Shown here in pieces: positions 51,679-61,993 of a stretch of DNA of 64,000 nt. Origin of the DNA: Clostridiales bacterium (GTDB lineage Bacteria; Bacillota; Clostridia; Christensenellales; CAG-138). The position numbers were made by a program, and so were the translations under genes. Each line of letters starts with the position of its first letter. Positions within the stretch are counted from its first letter, which is position 1. Under the pieces are notes generated by a model. It saw only the letters and a program-made list of their open reading frames with translations. It was not told the DNA's origin and made no database searches. The stretch spans positions 2,166 to 66,165 of the forward strand of contig WREI01000005.1 of the NCBI GenBank assembly GCA_009779405.1, written 5' to 3'.

Positions 51679-53799
51679 ATGAAACGGGAATACAGTTTGG
51701 AGGGCTTGGACTGCTATAACTGCGCGGCCAAGATCGAAAAGCGCGTGGCGGCCTTGCCGGGCGTGCAGGCCGCGACATTGGCCTTTGCCACGGGGCGTTT
51801 GGTTGTGGAGAGCGGGCAGGATTTGAGGAATGAAATTGTACGGATTGTGCATGAACTCGAACCGGGCGTGAAAGTAATAGGTAATAGATGCGACCTCCGC
51901 ACAAGCGCGGAGGGCAGAGAAAGGGCTGACGAGGGACACAGCAGTAAAGCAACTTGGCTCCTGCGCGGCAACGGCCTTCTCTTATTTGTCACCGCCCTGC
52001 TCTTGGAATGGGTCTTCCACTTGGAATGGGCAAGCGCCGCCGTCTGCGTCGCTGCGTATCTGCTCTTGGGCTGGGACGTGCTGTATAAGGCCGGACGCAA
52101 CTTGCTGAAGGGCCACCTGTTAGACGAAAACTTCCTGATGTCGCTTGCCACCATAGGCGCGCTATTCACGCGCAACTTTATCGAAGCCGCGGCGGTGATG
52201 CTCTTCTATCAGGTGGGCGAATATTTTCAGGAGCGGGCCGTGGGCAAATCCAGAAAGTCCATCGCCGCGCTTATGCAATTGCGGCCCGATACGGCCAACT
52301 TGTTGCGGGGCGGGGAGACCCTGCGCGTCGCGCCCGAGACCGTGGCTGTGGGCGAGGAGATTCTCATTCGCCCCGGCGAGCGCGTACCCTTGGACGGCGT
52401 GGTGCTGTCTGGCAGCTCCTTTATGGATCTGTCCGCGCTGACGGGCGAGAGCGTGCCCCGCCGCGCGGGCGAGGGGGACGCCGTGCTCTCTGGTACCGTC
52501 AATCAAAGCGGCGCATTGACTGTGCGCGTCACCAAGCCGTTTGGCGAAAGCACCGCGAGCAAAATCATCGAAATGACCCAAAACGCCGCCTCAAAAAAGG
52601 CGAAGACCGAGCAGTTTATCACCCGCTTTTCGGCGGTCTATACGCCCGTGGTCGTGGGATGCGCGCTGCTGCTGGCCCTGCTGCCGCCGCTGCTGTTGGG
52701 CGGAGGCTGGGGCGATTGGATACACAGGGGGCTTATTTTCCTTGTCATTTCCTGCCCCTGCGCGCTCGTGCTCTCGGTGCCGCTCGGTTTTTTCGGCGGC
52801 ATAGGCGGGGCCGGGCGGCGCGGCATACTGGTCAAGGGCGGGAACTATCTGGAAGCCTTGGAACGCTTAGATATCGCCGTGTTTGATAAGACCGGCACCC
52901 TCACCTACGGGAATTTTGAAGTGACAAAACTGCTTTGCGCGGCGGGCGTGACGGAGGAAGACTTGTTGGAGACTGCCGCAAGGGCCGAGACGCAGAGCAG
53001 CCATCCGATTGCGCAGTCGATTTTGCGGGCATATGGGAAGACCCCGGATGTGAGCGGAAACTATGAGGAGATTGCGGGGCAGGGCGTGCGGGCGGAAGTG
53101 GATGGTTCTGTTATTCTTGTCGGGAATGAGAAGTTAATGTTCAACGCGCAGATGCCACATCCGCACTTGTGCGGATGGCGCAATGCGTATAGGGACGAGG
53201 TCGGAACGCGCGTCTATGTCGCCAGGGACGGCGCATATATAGGCTGCATAGTCGTGGCCGATGCCGTAAAGGCGGAGAGCCGGGCGGCGCTGGCGGCTTT
53301 GAAGGCGCGGGGTGTGCGCAAGACCGTTATACTGACGGGGGATGATGCGGCTGTGGCGCAGGCTGTGGCGGCGGAGTTGGGCGTGGATGAAGTGTGGGCC
53401 GGGTTGCTGCCGCAAGACAAAATGGCGGAGATTGAGCGCCTTTTGGGCGAGAAGCGCCCGGGCGGCACATTGTGCTTTGCGGGGGACGGGATCAACGACG
53501 CGGCGGCGCTGGCGCGGGCGGATATCGGCATCGCCATGGGCGCATTAGGTACGGACGCGGCGATGGAAGCCGCCGACCTCGTATTGATGACGGACGATCC
53601 CACAAAGCTGGCTATTGCCATGGACTTAGCCCGCCGCACCAAGCGCATCGTTTGGCAAAATATCATCTTCGCGCTCACAGTAAAACTCGTCTTCCTCGCC
53701 CTCGGCGCCCTCGGCGTCTCGGGCATGTGGGAAGCGGTGTTTGCGGATGTAGGCGTGTCGTTGTTGGCGGTGTTGAACGCGGCGCGGGCGGGGCGGTAG
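51679..53799 (+). CDS. heavy-metal (Cd/Zn/Co-type) translocating P1B-type ATPase
   Basis: HMA domain GLDCYNCA; CPC; DKTGTLT; SSHP; GDGINDAAAL; GGAGG RBS. Confidence 0.95.
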   Translation: MKREYSLEGLDCYNCAAKIEKRVAALPGVQAATLAFATGRLVVESGQDLRNEIVRIVHELEPGVKVIGNRCDLRTSAEGRERADEGHSSKATWLLRGNGLLLFVTALLLEWVFHLEWASAAVCVAAYLLLGWDVLYKAGRNLLKGHLLDENFLMSLATIGALFTRNFIEAAAVMLFYQVGEYFQERAVGKSRKSIAALMQLRPDTANLLRGGETLRVAPETVAVGEEILIRPGERVPLDGVVLSGSSFMDLSALTGESVPRRAGEGDAVLSGTVNQSGALTVRVTKPFGESTASKIIEMTQNAASKKAKTEQFITRFSAVYTPVVVGCALLLALLPPLLLGGGWGDWIHRGLIFLVISCPCALVLSVPLGFFGGIGGAGRRGILVKGGNYLEALERLDIAVFDKTGTLTYGNFEVTKLLCAAGVTEEDLLETAARAETQSSHPIAQSILRAYGKTPDVSGNYEEIAGQGVRAEVDGSVILVGNEKLMFNAQMPHPHLCGWRNAYRDEVGTRVYVARDGAYIGCIVVADAVKAESRAALAALKARGVRKTVILTGDDAAVAQAVAAELGVDEVWAGLLPQDKMAEIERLLGEKRPGGTLCFAGDGINDAAALARADIGIAMGALGTDAAMEAADLVLMTDDPTKLAIAMDLARRTKRIVWQNIIFALTVKLVFLALGALGVSGMWEAVFADVGVSLLAVLNAARAGR

Positions 53800-53800
53800 A

Positions 53801-53937
53801 AGGAATAGGAAATAATGCAGAATGCAGAGATTTTTACGGAATACAATCCGCAAAAGCTTGATTATGCATATGTTTGCGGAATGTAATCCTTAAAATATGC
53901 TAAGCTTCACTGCCTTCTGCATTATTACTTATTATTT
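53801..53937. repeat. composite palindromic element, family C
   Basis: L arm AGGAATAGGAAATAATGCAGAATGCAGAGA; inner pairing TCCGCAAA/TTTGCGGA; R arm TCACTGCCTTCTGCATTATTACTTATTATTT. Confidence 0.8.
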
Positions 53938-53996
53938 AATTTAATCGTTGACTACTCAACAAATGAATGGTAAACTGCTCCCGTGGAGGTGGCCTT

Positions 53997-54485
53997 ATGG
54001 ACGCTATGAAGGAACAGTTGGTGCAGCTGCTGTTTAAGATCCGCAATCTGGGCGCGTTCGCGACCTCGCGCATGGACGCCTGCCCTGTGGGGGTCGATAT
54101 CAATATGACCGAGTTCCTGTTTATGCAGCAGGTGGCAAACCGGGATACGCGGCGCGGGTTCAGCCTGCAGGATATGCAGAACAATTTTGGGATATCTAAG
54201 TCCGGCGCGTCCAAGATGCTCTCCGCCTTGGAAAAGAAGGGCTGTCTCCTGCGCGATACGGATAAAAAGGATCGCCGCAATCTGGTCGTCACCCTGACCG
54301 AAGCGGGCCTGTTGGCCGTGACACAGCTGAAAGACTACGTGGACCTCGCCATCTCGGAATATATACGCCGCTTGGGCGAGACCGAGCTGTTGCAGGCCAT
54401 CGCGTTGATCACCCGTTTGGAAAAAGAGAGCAACGCGGTGCGGGACGCCGTGCGCACCAAGCGTCTGGAGCCGGGGGTAAATTAA
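53997..54485 (+). CDS. MarR-family transcriptional regulator
   Basis: wHTH ..SLQDMQNNFGISKSGASKMLSALEKKGCLLRDTDKKDRRN; GGAGGTG RBS. Confidence 0.8.
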   Translation: MDAMKEQLVQLLFKIRNLGAFATSRMDACPVGVDINMTEFLFMQQVANRDTRRGFSLQDMQNNFGISKSGASKMLSALEKKGCLLRDTDKKDRRNLVVTLTEAGLLAVTQLKDYVDLAISEYIRRLGETELLQAIALITRLEKESNAVRDAVRTKRLEPGVN

Positions 54486-54490
54486 GACAT

Positions 54491-55630
54491 ATGCGAGTTC
54501 TGATCTTATCGACGGGTACGGGGCAGGGCCACAATTCCGCGGGCTTTGCGGTACAGGAATATCTGCTTGCGCAGGGCGTCGACGCGATTTTTGTCGACGT
54601 GCTGAACACGGGCAACCAAAAGGCGAAATTTATCGCGGGCCTGTATAACGGCATGGTCACGCGCGCGCCTTGGATCTTCGGCGCGCTCTATGCAACGGCG
54701 GAGCGCATACGCGACCCATACAAGCATTCGATCATCTATTGGCTCAACACCCTCTACGCGCGCTCTCTGTATGAACGGATCATGGAATTGCAGCCGGATA
54801 TCATCGTCTGCCCCCACCTGTTCAGTGCGCAGGCGATCACGAACCTGATCCTGAAATTCGGGCTGGATATCCCGACCCTCGGCATTATCACCGATTATAC
54901 CTGCAGCCCCTTCTGGGAGGAGACGCGGCTCACGCACAATATCGTCGCGCACCCCATCGTGTTAGAAGAATCCGTGGCACACGGTATGCCGCGGGAAAGA
55001 CTGTCCTGTCCCGGCATGCCCGTCTCCGCGCGCTTTACGCGCAAGCAGGACAAGGCGGCGGCGCGGGCGGTCTTCGGCATCGAGAAGGAGACGGTTTTCG
55101 CCATCATGGGCGGCAGCATGGGCTATGGGAAGATCCCCGATCTGGCAAAGGCTTTGTTGCGGCGCGCGCCGGACGCACAGGTCGTGGCCGTCTGCGGGAA
55201 CAACGAACGCGTGCTGGAAAAAACCAAGAAGATACCCGGCGTCATCGCGCTGGGCTTTATCGACAACGTGGATATCCTTGTGGACGCCGCGGATCTGCTC
55301 TTAACCAAGCCAGGTGGGCTCTCCTGCTCCGAGGCCATCGCCAAGCGCGTGCCGCTGGTGATCACCCTGCCCATACCCGGCGGCGAAGAGCACAACGCCC
55401 GAGTGATCTCCTCGCTCGGCATGGGCGTTGCCGCGCGCACGGTGGAAGAAGCGGCAGACGCCGCCTGCGCCCTGCTCGCAGACCCTGCCGCGCAGGAAAC
55501 GATGATCGCCGCGCAGGGCTCCCTGTATTGCGCGACCGCTGCAGCGGTGATAGGCCGGCAGGTGATGCGGATGGCATTGCGGCGCGGCACGGAATATGAG
55601 CTGGAGTTGGAGGAGACGGCGCTGGCGTAA
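54491..55630 (+). CDS. GT28-family diacylglycerol glycosyltransferase (MGDG synthase/UgtP-like)
   Basis: MRVLILSTGTGQGHNSAG N-terminus; C-terminal TKPGGLSCSEA motif. Confidence 0.8.
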   Translation: MRVLILSTGTGQGHNSAGFAVQEYLLAQGVDAIFVDVLNTGNQKAKFIAGLYNGMVTRAPWIFGALYATAERIRDPYKHSIIYWLNTLYARSLYERIMELQPDIIVCPHLFSAQAITNLILKFGLDIPTLGIITDYTCSPFWEETRLTHNIVAHPIVLEESVAHGMPRERLSCPGMPVSARFTRKQDKAAARAVFGIEKETVFAIMGGSMGYGKIPDLAKALLRRAPDAQVVAVCGNNERVLEKTKKIPGVIALGFIDNVDILVDAADLLLTKPGGLSCSEAIAKRVPLVITLPIPGGEEHNARVISSLGMGVAARTVEEAADAACALLADPAAQETMIAAQGSLYCATAAAVIGRQVMRMALRRGTEYELELEETALA

Positions 55631-55634
55631 TTAT

Positions 55635-55741
55635 GAGTGAAGAGTTAATAGTGAATAGTTGCGGCAGGAATTCCTGCGGAATTCCCTAACTAAATAAAAA
55701 ATACCGCAGGTATTTTCACCATAACTCTTAACTCTTCACTC
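55635..55741. repeat. composite palindromic element, family A
   Basis: L arm 55635-55664; GGCA+GGAATTCCTGCGGAATTCC 55667-55685; AAAATACCGCAGGTATTTT+CACC 55698-55720; R arm 55719-55741. Confidence 0.9.
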
Positions 55742-55754
55742 GAAAGGAGGGGCC

Positions 55755-56408
55755 ATGCTAAACTGCATAATAATGACCCTCGCGGGCTTCCTCTCGGGCG
55801 CGGTGATGTATGCCTACCTGCTCCCGAAGCTCTTGCGCGGCGTGGACGTGCGCGAACACGGCGAGGACGGGAATCCGGGCAGCATGGGCGCGATTGCCGC
55901 CGTGGGCCTGCCCTTCGGGCTTTTTTGCCTTGCATTGGAAGTATTGAAGGCCGCCGTCCCCGTCTTTATCGCGGCGCAGGTGCTGGATGTATCGGGCTGG
56001 TATTTGCTGCCCGTCGTGCTGGCGCCCGTGCTGGGGCATGCCTATACCCCGTTTCTGAAATTCCGCGGGGGGAAGGCAATTGCCGCCGCATACGGCGCCC
56101 TCTTGGGCATGGTTGGCATCAGCTGGATGCTGCTCTTCTTTATCGGCGCGCTGCTCTTCTTCCAATTCCTCATCGTGCTGCATCCCCATTCCGCCGTCAC
56201 CATCATCGGCTTCGCGGCAGCGGCGCTCTTGTCCCTGCTCTTTGAGCCCGTCTGGGCGCTGAAATTGGCCGCGTTGGGGATCGCAGCCTTGGTCTGCGGC
56301 AAAAACCTGCGCAATCCCAACCGCGGGGCGCACTATGTCTCCGTGGGCGCGCTGCGTTTCACTTGGGAAGAGCGGCGCATTGTATTGAAAAACACGAGAA
56401 AGGCCTGA
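55755..56408 (+). CDS. plsY: glycerol-3-phosphate acyltransferase PlsY-like
   Basis: GNPGSMG and HAYTPFLKFRGGKAIA motifs; AAAGGAGG RBS. Confidence 0.8.
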   Translation: MLNCIIMTLAGFLSGAVMYAYLLPKLLRGVDVREHGEDGNPGSMGAIAAVGLPFGLFCLALEVLKAAVPVFIAAQVLDVSGWYLLPVVLAPVLGHAYTPFLKFRGGKAIAAAYGALLGMVGISWMLLFFIGALLFFQFLIVLHPHSAVTIIGFAAAALLSLLFEPVWALKLAALGIAALVCGKNLRNPNRGAHYVSVGALRFTWEERRIVLKNTRKA

Positions 56409-56410
56409 TT

Positions 56411-57421
56411 ATGAAAAAGAAAAGACCCGAAACAGAACCGAAGCTCACATGGGCGGAAATCAAGGACAATAAGCCGATCGGCCTGTTCATCATCGCGAAC
56501 ATCTACGCGCTGGCATCCGTGCTCGGCATACTCCTCTTTAACGCGTGGCCGGATATGCATTTCATCTGGCGTATCGCGATCGCCGCCGCCGCCGCGACCG
56601 TATTCGTATACCTCACGGGCCTGATCTTTCAAAACGCGTCGGTCTATGATCCCTATTGGAGCGTCGCGCCCCTCGTCGTGTTTTCGGGCTTTGCCGTGCA
56701 CGTCGGCGTGGTCAGCCAAGGCACGCCGCTGCTCCTGCTTGCGGTCTGGTTCTGGGGCCTCAGACTGACCCGCAACTGGGCTTATACGTTCAAAAACCTC
56801 GCCACGCAGGACTGGCGCTATGACAATTTCAAGCAGCGCTTCCCGCGTCTCTATCCGATCATCAGCCTGTTCGGCATACACCTGTTCCCCACCCTCGTCG
56901 TCTATCTTTGCATGCTGCCGGGGATCGCACTGATGCAAAACTATTTCTTCAATATATTTACGGTGTTAGGCTTTGCGGTCTGCGTCGGCGCAACCATCCT
57001 GCAACTGATTGCCGACAGGCAGATGTACCAATTCCGGCGCAAAGACAAGGACAGGCAGGGCATCATCCGCGTGGGCCTGTGGAAGCACGCGCGCCACCCG
57101 AACTATCTGGGCGAAATTCTGATGTGGTGGGGCGTCTACGGCATGATGCTCTCGGTCGCGCCGCGCCTGTGGTTCCTCGGTCTCGGCGCATTGGTCAACA
57201 CGCTGATGTTTCTCTTTATCAGCATCCCCATGGCGGACAAGCGCAACCGCGCAAATAAGCCCGGCTTCGCGGAATACGTGCGCGAGACGAACCACTTGCT
57301 GCCGTTCAGGCTGAAGCGGCAGGTGAAAGGGAGCAGGGGACAGGGGGCAGGGGACAGGGATCAGGAGACCGCCCCCGATCCCGCTGTCTCCGCGCTGCCC
57401 TTTTTGCCCCCGGATCTGTAA
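56411..57421 (+). CDS. DUF1295 (steroid 5-alpha-reductase/ICMT-like) membrane protein with a repeat-derived C-terminal tail
   Basis: GLWKHARHPNYLGEILMWWG motif; the last ~35 codons overlap the GC-rich palindrome 57333-57410. Confidence 0.75.
   Translation: MKKKRPETEPKLTWAEIKDNKPIGLFIIANIYALASVLGILLFNAWPDMHFIWRIAIAAAAATVFVYLTGLIFQNASVYDPYWSVAPLVVFSGFAVHVGVVSQGTPLLLLAVWFWGLRLTRNWAYTFKNLATQDWRYDNFKQRFPRLYPIISLFGIHLFPTLVVYLCMLPGIALMQNYFFNIFTVLGFAVCVGATILQLIADRQMYQFRRKDKDRQGIIRVGLWKHARHPNYLGEILMWWGVYGMMLSVAPRLWFLGLGALVNTLMFLFISIPMADKRNRANKPGFAEYVRETNHLLPFRLKRQVKGSRGQGAGDRDQETAPDPAVSALPFLPPDL
57333..57410. repeat. GC-rich imperfect palindrome built from GGGGACA/GGGGGCA words, inside the 3' end of a CDS
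   Basis: L arm GCAGGGGACAGGGGGCAGGGGACAGGGATC; R arm GATCCCGCTGTCTCCGCGCTGCCCTTTTTGCCCC; pairs only with bulges. Confidence 0.5.
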
Positions 57422-57443
57422 TTGCCTGTATATATCTGATTAT

Positions 57444-57479
57444 GCGTGACGTGCGTGACAACCGTTACATCTGTTACGC
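57444..57479 (+). repeat. 16-bp hairpin from GCGTGAC words, stable only as plus-strand RNA
   Basis: GCGTGACGTGCGTGAC-AACC-GTTACATCTGTTACGC: 14 of 16 pairs including 4 G-U on plus; those 4 become C-A on minus. Confidence 0.6.
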
Positions 57480-57483
57480 TTTG

Positions 57484-57556
57484 TAATGCTCAATGTTCAA
57501 CGCGCAATGTTCAATGTTGGTGGAAACGCCAAGGCGTTTCTCTATTGATTGTATAG
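57484..57556. repeat. composite palindromic element, family D with a degenerate right arm
   Basis: L arm TAATGCTCAATGTTCAACGCGCAATGTTCAATG; GGTG+GAAACGCCAAGGCGTTTC 57523-57540; right side only weakly complementary. Confidence 0.65.
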
Positions 57557-57566
57557 TATACCTGCA

Positions 57567-58816
57567 TCACCCATTAAACCGCAGCGCATCAATCGGCTTA
57601 CACTTCGCCGCCTTGTTTGCGGGGTAGATGCCGAAAACTAAGCCCACAAACAGGGAGAAGCCGAGCGCCATTTCTATGACCGAGAGCGAGATGGCGAGGG
57701 GGATATTCATAAAATATGCGACGACGCGCAGGATCAGCGCGGAGATGCCCAGGCCGAGTCCGCCGCCCAACAGGCAGAGCAGGAGCGCTTCCACGAGGAA
57801 CTGGAAGAGGATATTGCCGCGCGTGGCGCCGATGGCCTTGCGTATGCCTATTTCCCGCGTGCGCTCGGTGACGCTGGTCAGCATCATGTTCATGATCCCG
57901 ATGCCGCCTACCAGGAGCGCGATGCCCGCGATGCCGCCCAGCATCAGCGTGAGGGTCGCCGTCGCTTCGCCCAGCGCGTCTAACACATTGCTCTGGTTAT
58001 AGATCGAATAGTTGCTGTTGTCGCCGCCGCTCATGCCGAACATCGCCATTACATTGGTGCGCATATTGCCCGAACGCCGACGGTTGCTGCCCTCGGAATT
58101 ATCCGGCATCAGATCATCCAGATACGCTTTCAGTTGGGCTTCGGCGTCGTTCACCGAGTCCGAATTGCTCGCCGCGACCGTGAAGCTCGCGACGGCGCGC
58201 GTGCCTGCTATCTTCTGCGCCAGCGTGAAGGGGATGAATATCTGCGAATCGGTGCTGCCCATGGTGCCGCTCTCGTTCTTTTGCAGCACGCCCACCACGG
58301 TATAGGGCAGGCCCGCGATGGTGATCGTCTCGCCCACCGGATTGCTGCCTTCAAACAGCGTGCTCGCGATGTTTGCGCCGATGACGGCGACATAGCTCTC
58401 ATTGTCCAAATCCGCCTGCGTGATAAAGCGGCCCTGTGCCAGCGGCGCGTTCTTGACGGCGGGATAGGCGGGCGTCGTGCCGGATATGGAGCGGGCGTTC
58501 ATCGTATTGCCCATCCATTTCAGCTGGCCGCCGCTGACGTTCTGTGAAGGGGCGACATCGAGCACGACGTCCATCGCGCGGAGATCCGTCTCCAATTTTT
58601 CCAAATCGAGCGGGTTGTCCTCGGTCAGTATGCTCACTTCCAGCACATTGGTGCCTATGCCCTCGATGGTCGTGACGATCTGCCCGGTCGCGCCCTGGCC
58701 GATGGTAATGAGTACGGTGATCGCGACGATGCCGATGATAATGCCCAACACGGTGAGGAAGGAGCGGGTCTTGTTGCCCCAAATGGCCTTGACCGCCATC
58801 TTTGCCGATTGCCAGA

Positions 58817-58820
<4 letters not shown>
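57567..58820 (-). CDS. ABC transporter permease (MacB/FtsX-type)
   Basis: N-terminal TM, large extracytoplasmic domain, C-terminal FtsX-like three TM; operon with the ATPase and adaptor genes. Confidence 0.85.
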
Positions 58821-59496
<676 letters not shown>

Positions 59497-59500
<4 letters not shown>

Positions 59501-61092
59501 GGCTGGCCCCCTATGTACGTGATGATCTCGCCATCGCCCGGCTCGCGCTGCCCGCCGCCTTCGGGTATCATCACGGGGCCGCTGTTGAAGCTCATGCCTA
59601 TGTTCTCCTGGAAGAAGATGGAGTTTTGGGTGTTGTTCTGGGTATCCAAAATCAGCACGCGGTCGCCCTCGCTGAGCCCCGTCAGCACTTCGGCATAGGT
59701 CGCGTCCGCCAAGCCCGTGGTGATATAGACCTTCTCGCCCGGTTCGCCGATATTCTCCGTCACGCCGTCGACCGCTCTGTATACGTACTGCTGCCCGCGC
59801 TCATAATAGATGGCGGCCTGCGGCACGCGGAGCACGTTCTCGCGGGAGTCGATGACGATGGTCGCCTGTGCGCTCATGCCGATTAGGAAGGCCTTGTTTT
59901 CGGCCACGGTGATCTCGACGGCGTATTTCACCGCACCGATGCTGCCTGTGCCGCTCTGCGCGACGCGCGTCACCACGCCCTCAAAGGCGCCCCGCACCGC
60001 GTCCACGGTGACAAGGGCCGTCTGCCCGACCGCGATGCTGGCGATATCGGCCTCGTCCACGCTGACTTGCAGGATGTTCGCGCCGCCCGGATAGAGATTG
60101 ACGAGCGCCGCACCGCCCGTGCTCTCGACGATGCCCGCCCTGTCCGTCACCAATACGCCCGTATCGAGGGCTTCCAAAAGCGTGGCATAGGCCTCGCCCA
60201 AATCCTCGCGCTCGGCAACGGCGGCATAATATTCATCGGAATAGGGCAGGTCGGAAAGGGCCAGCAGCTGCGCGCCCGCGTTCACCTTCTGGTTTACGGA
60301 GACGGAGAGGGCCGAAACTTTGCCGCCCTTGTGGGTGATATAGATGGGCGCGGAGACGGCGGCCACGCCGCGGCCCACTTCCTCGCCCGCGGCATTGCGC
60401 AGGATAACTTCGGCACCCACAGCCGGCCCGTCGTCGCTGAAGGTGACGCTTGCCACGCCCTGCACGACCTCGCGCACAACGGCGTCATAGCTCTTGCCGT
60501 CTATCACAGCAGTCAAGGCGTCGCCCTCCGCATAATCGTCGCCGAGCGCGCAGTGCACCAGCATTTTGCCGTCGCCCGAGAGCAGCAGCAGGGCGCCCCG
60601 ATCGGTCATCACGCTGTTCACCCAAGCGTTCTTTTGCGCATAAATCTCCTTCACGCGCGAGACAGAGGGCGCAGTGACCTTGCCCGTATCCTTATGTTGC
60701 ATGGTGAGCATGCGTATACGCTGGTCGAGGGTCGTGACGGACGAGCGTATCGCCGTGAGCGCGGCGCCGACTTCGGCGGCGTCAATTTTCGCCACGGCGT
60801 CGCCCGCCGCCAGCACATCGCCCGCCCGCACGAGATAGGTCAGTTTACTGAGGGCATAGGGCATGTCGACCGCAACGGGCTCACCCGCCGACAGCGACCC
60901 GTCGGCCGCGACGGAGCGCGTGATATTCCCGCGCGTCACCTCCTGCGCCGTATAGGCGGCAGCGGGCGCTTCCGCCGCTTTCGGGGTGAAATACCAATAC
61001 ACGAGACCCACCGCCCCGATGATCAGGATGAAGATGATGAGCTTGAACCAGCCCGATTTGGTGAAGCGCTTTTTTTTGTTTGTCTGCGACAT
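59497..61092 (-). CDS. efflux transporter periplasmic adaptor (HlyD/MacA-like), N-terminal TM
   Basis: Membrane anchor, lipoyl/beta-barrel-like segments, operon context. Confidence 0.7.
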
Positions 61093-61109
61093 GTTGCTCT
61101 CCTTTATTT

Positions 61110-61198
61110 GAGTGAATAGTGAAGAGTTGCGGTGAAAATACCTGCGGTATTTTTATTTCATTAGGAATCGCCTGCGATTCCTACCATAACTCTTAACT
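61110..61198. repeat. composite palindromic element, family A (short right arm)
   Basis: L arm GAGTGAATAGTGAAGAGTTGCGG; GGTG+AAAATACCTGCGGTATTTT 61135-61153; AGGAATCGCCTGCGATTCCT+ACC 61163-61185; R arm CCATAACTCTTAACT. Confidence 0.85.
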
Positions 61199-61330
61199 GA
61201 TGCGCCAGTTTACCACAGAAATAAGTCTTTCCAACATGCAAAAAGTGAAAAAAGAATGACACCCATGCATTTTCGCACGGATTTTGGGGAAAAGTATGTA
61301 GCAGATACAGAGCAAAGGAGGTGAAAACCC

Positions 61331-61603
61331 ATGGCAAAAACCACGAGCACCAGCAATAAGAGCAAGAGCACGAATAGCCGCAGCGGCGGCAGCAGCAGCG
61401 CAAGCAGTTCCGGCACGAAAAAGCAGAGTATAAGCCCGGCGCAGAAGACCAAGTTCGACAGCTTCAAGTCCGAAGTCGCGTCCAGTTTGAACGTCAATCT
61501 GAAAGAGGGCTATAACGGCGATATCTCCGCGAAGGACGCGGGCAAGGTCGGCGGCGAGATGGTCAAACGTATGATCGCATACGCCGAGAACAACATGAAG
61601 TAA
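61331..61603 (+). CDS. alpha/beta-type small acid-soluble spore protein with Ser-rich N-terminal extension
   Basis: KFDSFKSEVASSLNVNL...GKVGGEMVKRMI SASP core; AAAGGAGG RBS. Confidence 0.85.
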   Translation: MAKTTSTSNKSKSTNSRSGGSSSASSSGTKKQSISPAQKTKFDSFKSEVASSLNVNLKEGYNGDISAKDAGKVGGEMVKRMIAYAENNMK

Positions 61604-61613
61604 GGAGTACACC

Positions 61614-61802
61614 ATGCCAAAGCAAGGATCCCTGATCCCCGAAAGCAAGAAGAAATTGGACAGCTGGAAGGCCGAGGCCGCTTCATCCCTAAACGTGAAT
61701 CTGCAAAAGGGCGGCGACATTTCCGCCAAGGATGCGGGCAAGGTCGGCGGCGAGATGGTCAAACGCATGATCGAATTCGCGAAGACGAATATGGACAAAT
61801 GA
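61614..61802 (+). CDS. alpha/beta-type small acid-soluble spore protein
   Basis: KLDSWKAEAASSLNVNL..GKVGGEMVKRMI; AAGGAG RBS. Confidence 0.85.
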   Translation: MPKQGSLIPESKKKLDSWKAEAASSLNVNLQKGGDISAKDAGKVGGEMVKRMIEFAKTNMDK

Positions 61803-61803
61803 G

Positions 61804-61830
61804 AAAAAGCTGCCGCAAGGCAGCTTTTTT
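61804..61830 (+). terminator. intrinsic terminator after the SASP pair
   Basis: AGCTGCC-GCAA-GGCAGCT followed by TTTTTT. Confidence 0.85.
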
Positions 61831-61991
61831 AGTGAAAAGTGAATAATTAAGAGTTAAGAGTTGCACCGTGCCGATGTATCGGCACGGTTGGAAATCGCAA
61901 GCAATTCCCATGATAATATTGAAATGCCGCAGGCACTTCTACCATAACTTTTAACTCTTCATTCTTAACTCTTAACTCTTAACTATTCACT
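61831..61991. repeat. composite palindromic element, family A (largest copy, three inner hairpins)
   Basis: L arm 61831-61864; hairpins 61865-61888, 61890-61908, 61921-61939 (+TACC); R arm 61942-61991. Confidence 0.9.
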
Positions 61992-61993
61992 TG

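Noticed and set aside
61200-61330. Sigma-G/sigma-F-type forespore promoter upstream of the SASP genes.
   Set aside because: Candidate GCATT/GAATG and CATnnTA-like hexamers did not fall at convincing spacing. The evidence is too weak to report as a feature.
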